NCBI GenBank assembly: GCA_032128375.1
Contig: JAQBGU010000199.1
Coordinates: 1-43,419 of the forward strand
Length of the DNA: 43,419 nt
Source of the DNA: Deltaproteobacteria bacterium
GTDB lineage: Bacteria; Myxococcota_A; UBA9160; SMWR01
Reading direction: 5' to 3'
Positions 20,717 to 30,974 of this stretch are shown in pieces. The stretch's first letter is position 1; each line of letters opens with the position of its first letter. Position numbers and translations under genes: made by a program. Under the pieces are notes generated by a model. It saw only the letters and a list, made by a program, of their open reading frames with translations, was not told the origin of the DNA and ran no database searches.

Positions 20717-21910
20717 ATGGAACTCGATTGGAATCCCAAAGAAGAGGCCTTCCGACAGGAAGTCCGCAGGTTCATTGCTGAAGAGCTGACTGATGAAGTC
20801 AAAGGAAGCATGTTCATCAATACGCCCGCACGTGTCGCCTTCGTCGACAAGATGAAGGACCGGGGCTGGCTGGGTTTGGGCTTTCCCGAGAAATACGGTG
20901 GTTCTCCCAGCCCGTTTCCGCTCGCACAGTTCATCCTGAACACCGAGCTCGAGCGCGCGAATGCTCCCATCGTCGGCAAGAACGTCGGAACCATTGCCAA
21001 CACGATCTTCAACGAAGCCAGCGACGAAATGAAACGAGAGTTTCTTCCCAAGATCTTCAATAACGAGGGTCAGTGGGCCATTACGTACACCGAGCCAGGC
21101 GCCGGCACCGACATTGGCAGCCTGCAAACCCGCTGCATCGACCGCGGCGATCATTTCGAAGTCACGGGAACGAAGCTCTTCATCACTTCGGTCCATTTCG
21201 CTCGGTGGCACTGGATGGCGGTGCGCACTGACCCCGACGCGGAAAAACACAAGGGCATCAGCATCCTGATCGTCGATGTCGATTCGCCCGGATGCACGAT
21301 CAACCCGATGTACTGCATCGGCACGACCACGGCCGAGCGGACCAACGAGGTGGTCTTCGACAAGGTCAAAGTGCCCAAGAACCGCCTGGTCGGTGATCTC
21401 AACCAGGGCTTCTATTACATGATGCAGGCGCTCGACTACGAGCGCTTCGCGATCATCGCCGCCGCGCAGCACACCCGACGCTTCAATACGATCCTGAAAT
21501 ACCTCAAGACACTCGACTACGACGGTGACCGACCGCTACACGACGATAAGTCAGTCCGGCGCAAGATCGGCCGCATGGCCACGCGCATCGACGTGGGCAA
21601 CATGCTCGAACGGCTGTGTATCTGTGTAGCCGCAGAGCGGGTTCCGTCCGTTGAGGCCGCCATGAACAAGGCCTGGGGCTCATGCATGCAGGACGAAGTG
21701 TGCAAGCTGGCCCAGGAAATCATGGGGCCCTTCGGCTTCCTCGTCAGCGGGTCCGAACACGCGGGCCTCAACGGCTACATCGTCGAAGAAGGGCTGATGG
21801 CCGGTCACGTCAAGGTGGCGGCCGCAGGCGTGGACGTCGCCAAGAGCATCATCGCCAAGCGCATGCTGGGCCTGCCGAACCCATTGGGAAAGCCCGCGCT
21901 GCCGAGCTGA
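20717..21910 (+). CDS. Acyl-CoA dehydrogenase, probable catalytic subunit of a two-gene ACAD (ChsE/FadE26-29-like)
   Basis: YTEPGAGTD, GTKLFIT, KHKGIS, TNEVVFD and ALDYER motifs. AGGAG RBS. Confidence 0.9.
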   Translation: MELDWNPKEEAFRQEVRRFIAEELTDEVKGSMFINTPARVAFVDKMKDRGWLGLGFPEKYGGSPSPFPLAQFILNTELERANAPIVGKNVGTIANTIFNEASDEMKREFLPKIFNNEGQWAITYTEPGAGTDIGSLQTRCIDRGDHFEVTGTKLFITSVHFARWHWMAVRTDPDAEKHKGISILIVDVDSPGCTINPMYCIGTTTAERTNEVVFDKVKVPKNRLVGDLNQGFYYMMQALDYERFAIIAAAQHTRRFNTILKYLKTLDYDGDRPLHDDKSVRRKIGRMATRIDVGNMLERLCICVAAERVPSVEAAMNKAWGSCMQDEVCKLAQEIMGPFGFLVSGSEHAGLNGYIVEEGLMAGHVKVAAAGVDVAKSIIAKRMLGLPNPLGKPALPS

Positions 21911-21990
21911 GACATCGCGCGGCAGACCCGTCCTCACGCCACGCCGAAACAAGCGCTTGATATCCGCTCGAAAACCCGGGAGACCCAGCA

Positions 21991-23148
21991 ATGGACATGA
22001 AGCTGACTGACGAGCAGCTCCAACTTCAAGACGGCGCGCGCCGGTTCATGGACGACGAGTGCACGATGGACTTCGTGCGCGGTATCGAGAAGGGCGAGCT
22101 CGGATTCAGCCGCGCCATGTGGAAGCGAATGTCTGAACTCGGCTGGCTCGGGCTCGATCTGCCAGAGGCACACGGTGGGCTCGAGCTCGGCATCCTCGAT
22201 CTGACCATCCTGCTGCGAGAATTGGGGCGTCACATCTGTCCGACCCCATTCATCCCTACGGCGGTCATCGGAGGAACTGCCATCGCGCGAGCGGGTACCG
22301 AGGCGCAGCGCGAGCAGTACCTCCCGCAGATCATCGACGGCGAGATCATCATCGCCTTCGGCTACCAGGAGTTCTCTCGTTTCTTCGATCCCGGCACGAT
22401 CAAGCTCGATGCCCGTGCCGACGGCGATGGCTTCGTGTTGAATGGCACCAAGATGTTCGTCGAGTACGCGGGAGCCGCCGATCGGATCCTGGTCGTGGCC
22501 CGAACGTCTGGCTCGGTCCCGGACGAGACGGGACTCACAATGTTCCTGGTGGATACCGCAGCGAACGGCATCAAGATCACCCACACGCCGACGATGGCCC
22601 GAGACCACCACTATGAAGTTGCGTTTGGTGACGTTCGAATCTCCCAGCAAGACGTTCTGGGTCGGGTCGATGCGGCCTGGACGGATCTCGAACCTGTGCT
22701 GCAGCGCGCAGCCCTCGCGTTTTCCGCGTTCACCAACGGCGCGGCATTCGAGCTTCACGAGCAGGCCGTGGCGTTCGCAAAGCAACGCGTCCAGTTCGGT
22801 CGACCCATCGGGCAGCTGCAAACGATTCAGGGCTACCTGGCCCAGCTGATCATGGAAATTCTCGGGTCCGACACGCTGACGATGTTCACCGCCTACTGCA
22901 TGGACAAAAAGCGTCCCGTGCGCGGGTACGTCGCGAAGAGTAAGGCCTTCGCAGCCGAGACCGTCGCTCGCACCATGGACATCGGCAGCCAGATCTTCGG
23001 TGGCATGGGTTACATGGAAGAGATGGATTCCACGCTCTACCTGCGTCGGGGCAAGCAGTACGAGCTCATGCTCGGCGGAACGGACTACTGGTACGACATC
23101 GCTGCCGAAGAAATGATCGACGTCGACGTGCCGGTGGAGCTGACCTGA
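21991..23148 (+). CDS. Acyl-CoA dehydrogenase, partner subunit
   Basis: LGWLGL..PEAHGG, NGTKMFV, RVQFGRPIG and QIFGGMGY motifs; lacks the L..ER Glu. Confidence 0.88.
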   Translation: MDMKLTDEQLQLQDGARRFMDDECTMDFVRGIEKGELGFSRAMWKRMSELGWLGLDLPEAHGGLELGILDLTILLRELGRHICPTPFIPTAVIGGTAIARAGTEAQREQYLPQIIDGEIIIAFGYQEFSRFFDPGTIKLDARADGDGFVLNGTKMFVEYAGAADRILVVARTSGSVPDETGLTMFLVDTAANGIKITHTPTMARDHHYEVAFGDVRISQQDVLGRVDAAWTDLEPVLQRAALAFSAFTNGAAFELHEQAVAFAKQRVQFGRPIGQLQTIQGYLAQLIMEILGSDTLTMFTAYCMDKKRPVRGYVAKSKAFAAETVARTMDIGSQIFGGMGYMEEMDSTLYLRRGKQYELMLGGTDYWYDIAAEEMIDVDVPVELT

Positions 23149-23199
23149 CGCCCGGAGCCTCCCCGATGATGCGGATCAATGGAAGTGTGTAGCATCGCA

Positions 23200-25158
23200 T
23201 CAGCTCTTTGCCCGAAGCTCCTCGAGTTGTTGGAGTTTCGCGCTCGCCTCGGCGTTTTCGGGATCGATCTCGAGTGCCTCTCGCAGGTGTCGCTCGGCGA
23301 GATCCCATTGCTTCAGCACGCCGTAGAGCATGCCGAGGTGGACGTGAGCCGCTCCCAGGGCCGGATCCAGTTCGATGGCGCGAATCAGCACGGGAAGCGC
23401 CTGCTCGATACGACCTTGTTGCGCGTACAAGAGACCGAGCGCGTGATGGGCTTCTGCATGAGTCGGACGGAGTTTGATCGCGCGACTCAGTTGCTCGGCC
23501 GCGGCCGATGCCTCACCACGCCGTGCCAGCAGCATCCCCAGGTCGAAATTCGCCTCGAAATATCCGGGCCGCTCAATGACCGAGCGTGAGTACGCGTCGA
23601 GGGCAGCGTTCAGTTCACCGGAGGCTTCGAGCGCGGTGCCCAGGTCGCGTAGCGCCAACGCGTCGTTGGGTGTCTGAATGATGAGCACGCGGTATTGGCT
23701 GGCAGCCTCTTCGGGCCGGCCGAGAATCTGCAGCGTGCGCGCCAGGTTGTGTCGTGCACGAGCATATTCGGGCGCGAGCTCCACGGCGTGCTCCAGATGT
23801 GCCAACGCGGCTTCCAGATCGCCAGCGTCCGAAAGCGCGTCGCCGAGATTGTTCTGTGCACGGTGATCGCCTGGACTCTTGCTGACGGTGTCGCTCCACA
23901 GCGAGATCCTGTCGCGCCAGACTTCGTTGCGGGTGACTGTGGCAACGCCGAGAACGACAACCAGTGCGAACGCGCAGGCACTCGCGGCAGCGATTCGTTG
24001 TGGGGAAAATCGGAATAAGAGATCCGAGCCTGCGATGGCGATCATGACCATCGGAAGGTAGAGCCGATGCTCGTAGACCAGCTCGAGCGCGATCACCGAC
24101 GATTCGATCGCCAGTGTGCCGAGGAACCACAGGATGCAATAGGAAATCAACCGTTCGCGTCGGGCGAACAACATCGAAAAGGCAGCGAGGCCGATCAGGC
24201 CCAGCAGCGCCAGCAGCGTGGTCGGTGGGTCGAGCAGGCTATGCGAAATCGGAAAATCGTGGGCCAGATTCAAACGCGAGGGGGCGGGGTAGGCGAGCAA
24301 TCCCAGGTAGAGCCACAGGACCCGCAGCTGGGTGAGAACTCGCTCGCCCATGTCGAATGGCCGGTTTTCGTAGCCGAAGGGCAGCCTGTGAAGATATAAC
24401 AACGACACGCCAGCCAGCGTTGCCAGTGTCGTTGCGAACCAGGCGGCATTGCGCCGAATCCATCCAGAGGCCAGATCGCGATGAAAGAACCACTCGTAGA
24501 GAAGCGCAAGAATCGGCAACGGCGCTGCGATCTGTTTGGTCGCCATCGCCAGAACCCAGCACAGAAATGCAGCCACCAGCCGGGGCCATTGCCGACGGCC
24601 TGGCGGCTCATCCCGGCTGCGCAAGAACAACAAGAACGACAGCAGCCCGAATAGCACCGACAGACTCGTCATTCGCTGAACGATGTAGGTCACAGATTGC
24701 GTCTGGATCGGGTGAGCGACGAACAACCCAGCAGCGGTCAGTGCCATCGCGACCTGGCGCGCTGCGGTGGACGCGGGTCTACCGGCGACCCTCGCCGCAT
24801 CGCGTTGCACCCGCATAGCGAGCCAATATACGAGCCAGCCGTTGATCCAGTGAACGACGATGTTGAACCCGTGATAGCCGCGCACATCCAACCCACCCAG
24901 CGAGTAATTCAGTGCAAAACTCAGGTTCGCGATCGGTCGCGGCGAGGGGCTTGCGAATGCAGCCTGGTAGAGCGCGTCGAGATCCCAGCCTCGGACGCGA
25001 ATCAGCGGGTTGTTCTCGATGTTCTGCCAATCGTCGAAGACGAACGGCCCCCCGAGCGTATTCGCGTAGAGCAATCCCGTCACGACCGCCAACCCGATGG
25101 CTATCGCTGCGTCTATCGCGAATGAGATGCGAGGGGTCGACGCAGGCGGGCTGCTCAT
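23200..25158 (-). CDS. TMTC-like GT-C membrane protein with C-terminal TPR repeats (putative protein O-mannosyltransferase)
   Basis: PFVFDD acidic pair after TM1, RP...SFALNY, YH..N...H, HPIQTQSVTYIVQR and EHRLYLP motifs; about 6-7 TPRs. Start codon uncertain. Confidence 0.85.
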   Translation of the reverse strand: MSSPPASTPRISFAIDAAIAIGLAVVTGLLYANTLGGPFVFDDWQNIENNPLIRVRGWDLDALYQAAFASPSPRPIANLSFALNYSLGGLDVRGYHGFNIVVHWINGWLVYWLAMRVQRDAARVAGRPASTAARQVAMALTAAGLFVAHPIQTQSVTYIVQRMTSLSVLFGLLSFLLFLRSRDEPPGRRQWPRLVAAFLCWVLAMATKQIAAPLPILALLYEWFFHRDLASGWIRRNAAWFATTLATLAGVSLLYLHRLPFGYENRPFDMGERVLTQLRVLWLYLGLLAYPAPSRLNLAHDFPISHSLLDPPTTLLALLGLIGLAAFSMLFARRERLISYCILWFLGTLAIESSVIALELVYEHRLYLPMVMIAIAGSDLLFRFSPQRIAAASACAFALVVVLGVATVTRNEVWRDRISLWSDTVSKSPGDHRAQNNLGDALSDAGDLEAALAHLEHAVELAPEYARARHNLARTLQILGRPEEAASQYRVLIIQTPNDALALRDLGTALEASGELNAALDAYSRSVIERPGYFEANFDLGMLLARRGEASAAAEQLSRAIKLRPTHAEAHHALGLLYAQQGRIEQALPVLIRAIELDPALGAAHVHLGMLYGVLKQWDLAERHLREALEIDPENAEASAKLQQLEELRAKS

Positions 25159-25189
25159 CGAAGTGCGTGTTGCTCCCAAAATTCGCCTG

Positions 25190-26519
25190 CTATTTTCGCA
25201 GATGCGCGATGCCCGTGCGCAGCGATCCAACAGCTTCGGCGAAAGCCCATACCGCCAGGAGATAGAGCTCAGGTCGCAATTGCGATGCCGTATCGTGGCA
25301 GAGCCAAAAGTACCGTATGGACTGCCGTCCAGTACAGAACCGTCACTGAGAGCACGGCGGGGACCATCGCGTCAGGCCCGACGGCCTTTCGGCCAAGCCT
25401 GTAGCCCGCGCCGATGATGGCGAGAGCGGCGAAACAAAGCGCGAACGGGTGCAGCGACCGAATCAACTCGCGCGTCAGGCGCGCCCATCCGAGTGACTCA
25501 TAGATCGATTCTTCGACTGCGTAGATGTAGATGTCCCCGGCACCCTGCACGATTCCCCACTTCCACAGAGCCAGTGGTTTCAGTGCGAAATACCACGTGA
25601 GGTATCGAGTCGGGTCTTCGGCTACACGCGACTGCATCACTCCAAAGAAGCGGGGCACCGATTCTTGCATGCCGCGAAACTCGGAATCTGCCAGATACGC
25701 GTAGCCGTAGCTGGAGTGCTCACCGAAACGAAAGCCTGGGTAGCTGCCCTCAACCGCCGCAGACCAAGCCCTGCTGGAGCCAAGACCCTCCGATCCGGAG
25801 GGGATGCTCACCGCGCCACGAATCTGCCAAGCCAGCGGAAAAACCGCGAACACGCCCAGAAGAACGATCATCGCACGTCGGCGCCCAGGCTCGCGCGCCT
25901 GATGGCCCCGCAGCCATACCAGAGCGACCAGCAGTGGCGCGACCAGCAGCGTGGCCTCGTTGGTCAGGTAGAGAAGACCGAACCAGATTCCGGCGACCGC
26001 AGCGGTAGCGCTCTTGTTTCGCTCGAGCGACATGACGAACGCGAGCAAGCAGGCCGCAAGCAGCAGGGACTGCAACGTTGCGGTCAGCAAGTAGCCACTC
26101 GACGTGACCTGGTGCGGCATCAGCGCGATCAGCAATCCCACCGCGAGTGCGTAGGCTTCCCGCATCGTCCGCCTGGCGAGTAGAATCAGGATCGGAACCA
26201 CGAGCGCAGACAGAAACGCCTGGATGGCGAGCTGCGTGTGGTAGAACGCAGCAGCGTCGTCGACTACCAAGAAGACGGCGGCCAGCTGCAGCGGATAGCC
26301 AGGCGAACGAAACGAATCGGACCCGGGGGCATCGGACCCCTGGGAGGCTGCAGATGAGTAGACGCCATGGAATGCGAGGTTGTAGCCGTACCTCAAATAC
26401 TGCGCTGCATCTGCGCGGACGGGGTTTTCAACGACGACGCGGGCCACGTAGCTGGCGCGAATCCCCAGCGCCAGAATCGTGAGCACGACCACGAGCGAGA
26501 TCCAAGCTGTGCGGTTCAT
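25190..26519 (-). CDS. GT-C fold (ArnT/PMT_2-like) glycosyltransferase with probable frameshift near the 3' end
   Basis: RADAAQY and FRSPGYP motifs with many TMs. The annotated frame stops at PRYGIAIAT* (25269). Removing one base near 25280 gives PRYGIALRPELYLLAVWAFAEAVG...LRK* ending at 25190. Confidence 0.72.
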
Positions 26520-26687
26520 CGCCGGCCAATCGAGACGGGTGGGTGGGACCCGATTCGGCGATCGACGTCTTCGCGCGAATTCAGCTGAGTCACCTGGTGG
26601 CCGATCTTGTGGATCACCTGCAGAAGTGTCGTGTCGAATTCGGGCATACTATCGGAGAACGACCGCACGCCGACCGCGCGTAGGACG

Positions 26688-26711
26688 GTGGAGTAGTGGA
26701 GTAGTGGAGTC
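26688..26711 (+). repeat. 8-bp tandem repeat x3 spanning the sulfatase RBS/start
   Basis: gtggagta gtggagta gtggagtc. Confidence 0.75.
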
Positions 26712-28191
26712 GAGCGATGAGTTGCACCGGTTGATCCCGATCGCGATGCTGGTGGCTGTTCTAGGTTCGTTCGGATGCCAGTCAGAGCGAATCGCGCCGA
26801 GGCCGTCGAGGTTGAGCGTGCTGTTCATTTCCGTCGACGACCTCCGCCCGGAACTGGGTACATACGGTGCACCGGCGCATTCACCCAATATCGATCGACT
26901 CGCCGCGGAAGGCGTGCGATTCGATCGAGCGTACGCTGCCGTGGCGGCTTGCGCAGCATCGCGCGCTTCGATGCTGAGCGGCGCCTATCCGCAGACGACG
27001 CGCGTGTTCTTCATGGCTCCGGCATTGTCTGAGGGCAATCCGCGGTTGATCCCTCTCCCGCGCCTGTTCAAGGATGCTGGCTACGAAACCGTCGAGGTGG
27101 GAAAGTTCCTGCACACCGAACAGGACGCGCCTCGGGCGTGGAGCCAGCCGAGCTGGTTGCCACCCGACTGGGATTTCCCTCAATATTTGGCACCGAATAA
27201 CGTCCACATGTCGGGAATTCGAACCGCTCCACGCGGTCCCGTTTCCGAAGCACCCGAAGTCCCGGACGCTGCGTACGTGGACGGAAAGATCGCGACGAGG
27301 GCAATCGACGAACTGCGCCGGATGAAAGACCGCGACTTCTTTCTGGCGGTCGGTTTCGTTCGACCACACCTTCCGTTCAATTGTCCTGCCCGGTTCTGGG
27401 ACCTCTACGATCGCGATCAGATCGAGGTCCCGGATCTAAAGGGGATGGATTCCGTCGCCAAACAACAGTGGCATGGCAACTACGAGCCGAGAACCTACGA
27501 AGGTGGCCAGCGGATCGACGCCGACACGGCCAAACGGTTGATCCACGGCTATCGCGCTTGCGTCAGCTACATCGACTCGCAGGTCGGAAGATTGCTCGCC
27601 GAGCTCGAGCGGCAAGAACTCGCCAGCAGGACACTGGTCGTGCTGTGGGGCGACCACGGCTGGCATCTGGGCGAGCACGGAATCTGGGGTAAGCACACCG
27701 CCTTGGAACCTTCACTTCGCATTCCGTTGATCGTGCGCGCACCCGGTGTGGCAGGTGGAGTGGCATCGAGCGGACTGGTCGAGTCGGCCGACATTCTGCC
27801 AACCCTGTGCGAGCTGACGGGAATTCCCGATCCGCGCCAGGGCGAGGGAACCAGTTTCGTGCCGTTGCTGCACGATCCGAATCGGCCGTGGAAGCGAGCG
27901 GCGTTTGGCCTGGTGTATCGGAATAACACGGTGGGTCAGACCGTGCGCACACAGAGGTATCGTTTCGTTCGCTGGGGAGGATGGAGCGGCGATGCATGGG
28001 AGTTCCAGGCAGCCGAACTATACGATCACCAAACCGATCCGCGTGAATACCGAAACGTAGCCAACCAGCCTGAAAATCGCGCCACGGTTCGGCGATTGAA
28101 CGCATGGCTCGATACGTCGCTGGCCGAATCCGCAAAGCTTCCGTCGGCGGCGACAGTTCCGCGCGATTCGCAACGCGGCAGTACGCGGTAG
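26704..28191 (+). CDS. Formylglycine-dependent sulfatase (iduronate-2-sulfatase-like), probable lipoprotein
   Basis: VDDLRPELG, CAASRASMLSG, GKFLH, GFVRPHLPF and WGDHGWHLGEH motifs. Hydrophobic leader ending SFGC. Start codon uncertain. Confidence 0.88.
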   Translation: MESSDELHRLIPIAMLVAVLGSFGCQSERIAPRPSRLSVLFISVDDLRPELGTYGAPAHSPNIDRLAAEGVRFDRAYAAVAACAASRASMLSGAYPQTTRVFFMAPALSEGNPRLIPLPRLFKDAGYETVEVGKFLHTEQDAPRAWSQPSWLPPDWDFPQYLAPNNVHMSGIRTAPRGPVSEAPEVPDAAYVDGKIATRAIDELRRMKDRDFFLAVGFVRPHLPFNCPARFWDLYDRDQIEVPDLKGMDSVAKQQWHGNYEPRTYEGGQRIDADTAKRLIHGYRACVSYIDSQVGRLLAELERQELASRTLVVLWGDHGWHLGEHGIWGKHTALEPSLRIPLIVRAPGVAGGVASSGLVESADILPTLCELTGIPDPRQGEGTSFVPLLHDPNRPWKRAAFGLVYRNNTVGQTVRTQRYRFVRWGGWSGDAWEFQAAELYDHQTDPREYRNVANQPENRATVRRLNAWLDTSLAESAKLPSAATVPRDSQRGSTR

Positions 28192-28366
28192 CGATCCCGG
28201 CCAGTTCGCGGCGGACGGGGTCGGCTCGCTCTGCTATTTCGTTCGCGAATTGGCGTTTATCGCAACCGGCCAGGACTGCGCAGCCATCTTCCGAGACGCT
28301 TCGTCACTACAAGCACTTCGGGAGCCTGGGAATCGAAGAGCCGTTTCGATTGGCTCGCCATTCGCC

Positions 28367-29797
28367 CTAGCCCCAGATCCGCGGCTTGCGCGCCCTCCAC
28401 GGGCGTTCCTGTTCGAGCTGTGCCGCCAGACGCAGCAGCGTCGCCTCGTCGGCGTAACGCGCCGCGAACTGCATCCCGATCGGCAGGCCGTCGGCGCTCA
28501 TCGCCAGCGGGACACTCATCGCCGGTTGTCCGGTAAAATTGAACGGTGGCGTGAACGGGAACGCCCTGGCCTGCCGTCGACTCACCTCGCGCGGCGCGAC
28601 GCGCACCGGGTCGATGTGGCCGATCCGCGGCGGCACGGTCCCCATCACAGGTGTCAGGAAGATATCGACCTCTTCGAACAAGCCCAGAATTTCGCGGTTC
28701 AGCACGCGCAACGTACGCCACGCGCGCATGACGCGTTCGCCTGAGAGCTTGCGTCCCGCCCGGATCCCGGCCCAGGTGAGCGGCTCGAACTCATCCTCGG
28801 CGGGCTCGCGTCCCATCTTTTCGACCAGCGAATGAAAGTTTGCCGCTGCATTGGCGGCTCCGACGATCCCTTGGGTCTTGTAGAGCTGTCGGTAATCGAT
28901 GCCGAGGCCACGCTCCTCGACATCGTGTCCGAGGCTCTCGAGCAGCGCTGCGGTCTCGCCCAGCGCCGCCGCAATTTCCGGATCGATGGGTCTACCACTG
29001 GGCGTTTGCCCCGAGAAGGCGACTCGCAGCCGTCCGGGTTCCGTCTGAATCTCCTCCATGTAGGGGCGCAATTTCGGAGGCGGCGCATACGGAGAGGCGG
29101 GCTCCGGGTAGCCAGTGCAGTCGAGCATCGCCGCGCTATCGCGCACCGAACGGCTCACGACATGGTCGACAGCGAACCCGATCGCGCGGGCGGCGTCTTT
29201 CGGGCCACCCGGGTTTCGCTCACGCGTCGTCTTGAGGCCAAACAAACCGCAGCAAGCGGCGGGGATTCGAATCGAACCCAGACCGTCACTGGCATGCGCG
29301 AGCGGCACGATGCCAGCCGCCGTTGCCGCAGCCGCGCCACCGCTCGACCCGCCCGTGATGTGGTCCGTGTTCCACGGGCTTCTGCAGGGACCGAGCTGCG
29401 CCGACTCGGTGGTACCGGTGATTCCGAGCTCCGGCGTATTCGTCTTACCCAGAATTACGACACCGGCGGCGCGGTAGCGGCGTGTCAGTTCGCCGTCGCT
29501 TTCGCTCACGACGTTCTTCAAGAAGCGACTTCCGCTGGTCTGCGGCATGCCCGCGACATCGCAACCGAGATCCTTGATCAGAAAGGGCACGCCCCGAAAC
29601 GGGCCGTCCGGCAGCTCCCCCGACGCGACGCGACGCGCTTCGTCGCGGGCGTCGTACACCACAGCGTTCAGGGCCGGGTTGTGTCGATCGATGCGCTCGA
29701 TCGCCTCCTCGACGAGTTCCGCCGGGCTGACCTCTCCCCGCGCAACGAGTGCTGCCAACCCGAGGCCGTCGTAGTCCGAGTAGTCTGCGATTCCCAT
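28367..29797 (-). CDS. Amidase-signature family amidase
   Basis: GVPFLIKD, GKTNTPE, GGSSGG and SDGLGSIRIPA motifs (Ser-cisSer-Lys triad). Confidence 0.93.
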   Translation of the reverse strand: MGIADYSDYDGLGLAALVARGEVSPAELVEEAIERIDRHNPALNAVVYDARDEARRVASGELPDGPFRGVPFLIKDLGCDVAGMPQTSGSRFLKNVVSESDGELTRRYRAAGVVILGKTNTPELGITGTTESAQLGPCRSPWNTDHITGGSSGGAAAATAAGIVPLAHASDGLGSIRIPAACCGLFGLKTTRERNPGGPKDAARAIGFAVDHVVSRSVRDSAAMLDCTGYPEPASPYAPPPKLRPYMEEIQTEPGRLRVAFSGQTPSGRPIDPEIAAALGETAALLESLGHDVEERGLGIDYRQLYKTQGIVGAANAAANFHSLVEKMGREPAEDEFEPLTWAGIRAGRKLSGERVMRAWRTLRVLNREILGLFEEVDIFLTPVMGTVPPRIGHIDPVRVAPREVSRRQARAFPFTPPFNFTGQPAMSVPLAMSADGLPIGMQFAARYADEATLLRLAAQLEQERPWRARKPRIWG

Positions 29798-29907
29798 GAC
29801 TGTCTTCCCTCCGATCCAAATCGTGCCCCCGCACCCGCGCACCGGCCTCAGCATGACAGAAATCTATGCCCCGAGGCGAATGAGTCCGACCGAGCCGCTT
29901 GGCCGCG

Positions 29908-30849
29908 TCAGCGAATCGCGATCGGGTTGATGATCATCTGGACGGCGCCGCGTAGCCGCGCCGGGCCGAGCACGAACATGAATTCGTAGGCCTTGTCCCG
30001 CACCAGCGGGCCCGTGTTCATCGTTTCGAGAATGTGGATCCCGTTCTCTTTTAGCAGAATCACGTGCCCCTGAAAGCTGCGATTCGGGTCAGCCGCCGGA
30101 ACCACATCGACTGCCCAGGTATCCGCCCCAACTGCGATCACGTTCTTGCTGGCCAGGTAACGCGCCACCTCCTCCGTTTGGCCGGGTTCCCCGCTGACCC
30201 AGGCATCGGGATCCGACTCGAGTTTTGCGTCGGTCCAACCCGTGTGGAACAGCACCACGTCTCCTTCGCGAATCGGCGTGCCCTGCGCCTTCTCGACTGC
30301 CTTCACGTCGTCGACACCGAAAGGCTGACCGGCGTCCATATGGCCGACACCGAAGTGACTCGCCATGTCGAGCACCACTCCGCGCGCGACCAGCGGCGGC
30401 ACATTTTCGATGCCGAGTCGTGTAAGACCCGTGATTTCCGAAATATCTGCGGCCTTGTTGCAGTTGTAATAGGTTCCTTCCGAACCGAGGTGGCCGAGTC
30501 CATCGATCTGCGGGCCAATCCCCAGCCACATCTGCACCAGGTCGTCGTTGTAGATTGCGTTGGGGAACGCGACCCGGCCCATCTGTTGGCCGGGTTGAAC
30601 GACCTGCAACGCCAGACTGCGCGGCGGAAACGCGGGAGTCTTGGCATCGATTACGATCCCCAGCGCGTAGATCTTCCCGGTCTTGATGAGGCGCGATGCG
30701 TCCAGCACGCTGTGTTCCGTGATGAGATTGGCATTGCCGACCTGGTCATCTGCGCCCCATCGCGACGCTTTGCAATCGGCGGCTGAGGCGGGTTCCGCGA
30801 CCGCGATCAACGCCATGCCAAACAGCTGTACGGCGATTCTCCGTCTCAC
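29908..30849 (-). CDS. Secreted cyclase-family (kynurenine formamidase-like) metallohydrolase
   Basis: Signal peptide, then WGADDQVG, QIDGLGH, GDVVLFHTGW, VGADT and GIHILE motifs. Confidence 0.85.
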   Translation of the reverse strand: MRRRIAVQLFGMALIAVAEPASAADCKASRWGADDQVGNANLITEHSVLDASRLIKTGKIYALGIVIDAKTPAFPPRSLALQVVQPGQQMGRVAFPNAIYNDDLVQMWLGIGPQIDGLGHLGSEGTYYNCNKAADISEITGLTRLGIENVPPLVARGVVLDMASHFGVGHMDAGQPFGVDDVKAVEKAQGTPIREGDVVLFHTGWTDAKLESDPDAWVSGEPGQTEEVARYLASKNVIAVGADTWAVDVVPAADPNRSFQGHVILLKENGIHILETMNTGPLVRDKAYEFMFVLGPARLRGAVQMIINPIAIR

Positions 30850-30943
30850 TTCGCACTCCTCGAAATAGCGTCCCGAGAGCCATGCTACGCCACGCGAGCA
30901 GCGAAGTGGTGCTTTTCCGAAGCGGTCATTTCGGACCGTGCGG

Positions 30944-30966
30944 ATATTGGAGTTAGACTCTAGTAT
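30944..30966. promoter_or_regulatory. Candidate TetR operator (imperfect palindrome)
   Basis: atattggagt-tag-actctagtat (8/10 arm match), ending 8 bp before the TetR ATG, in the divergent cyclase/TetR spacer. Confidence 0.55.
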
Positions 30967-30974
30967 TGGAGCCG

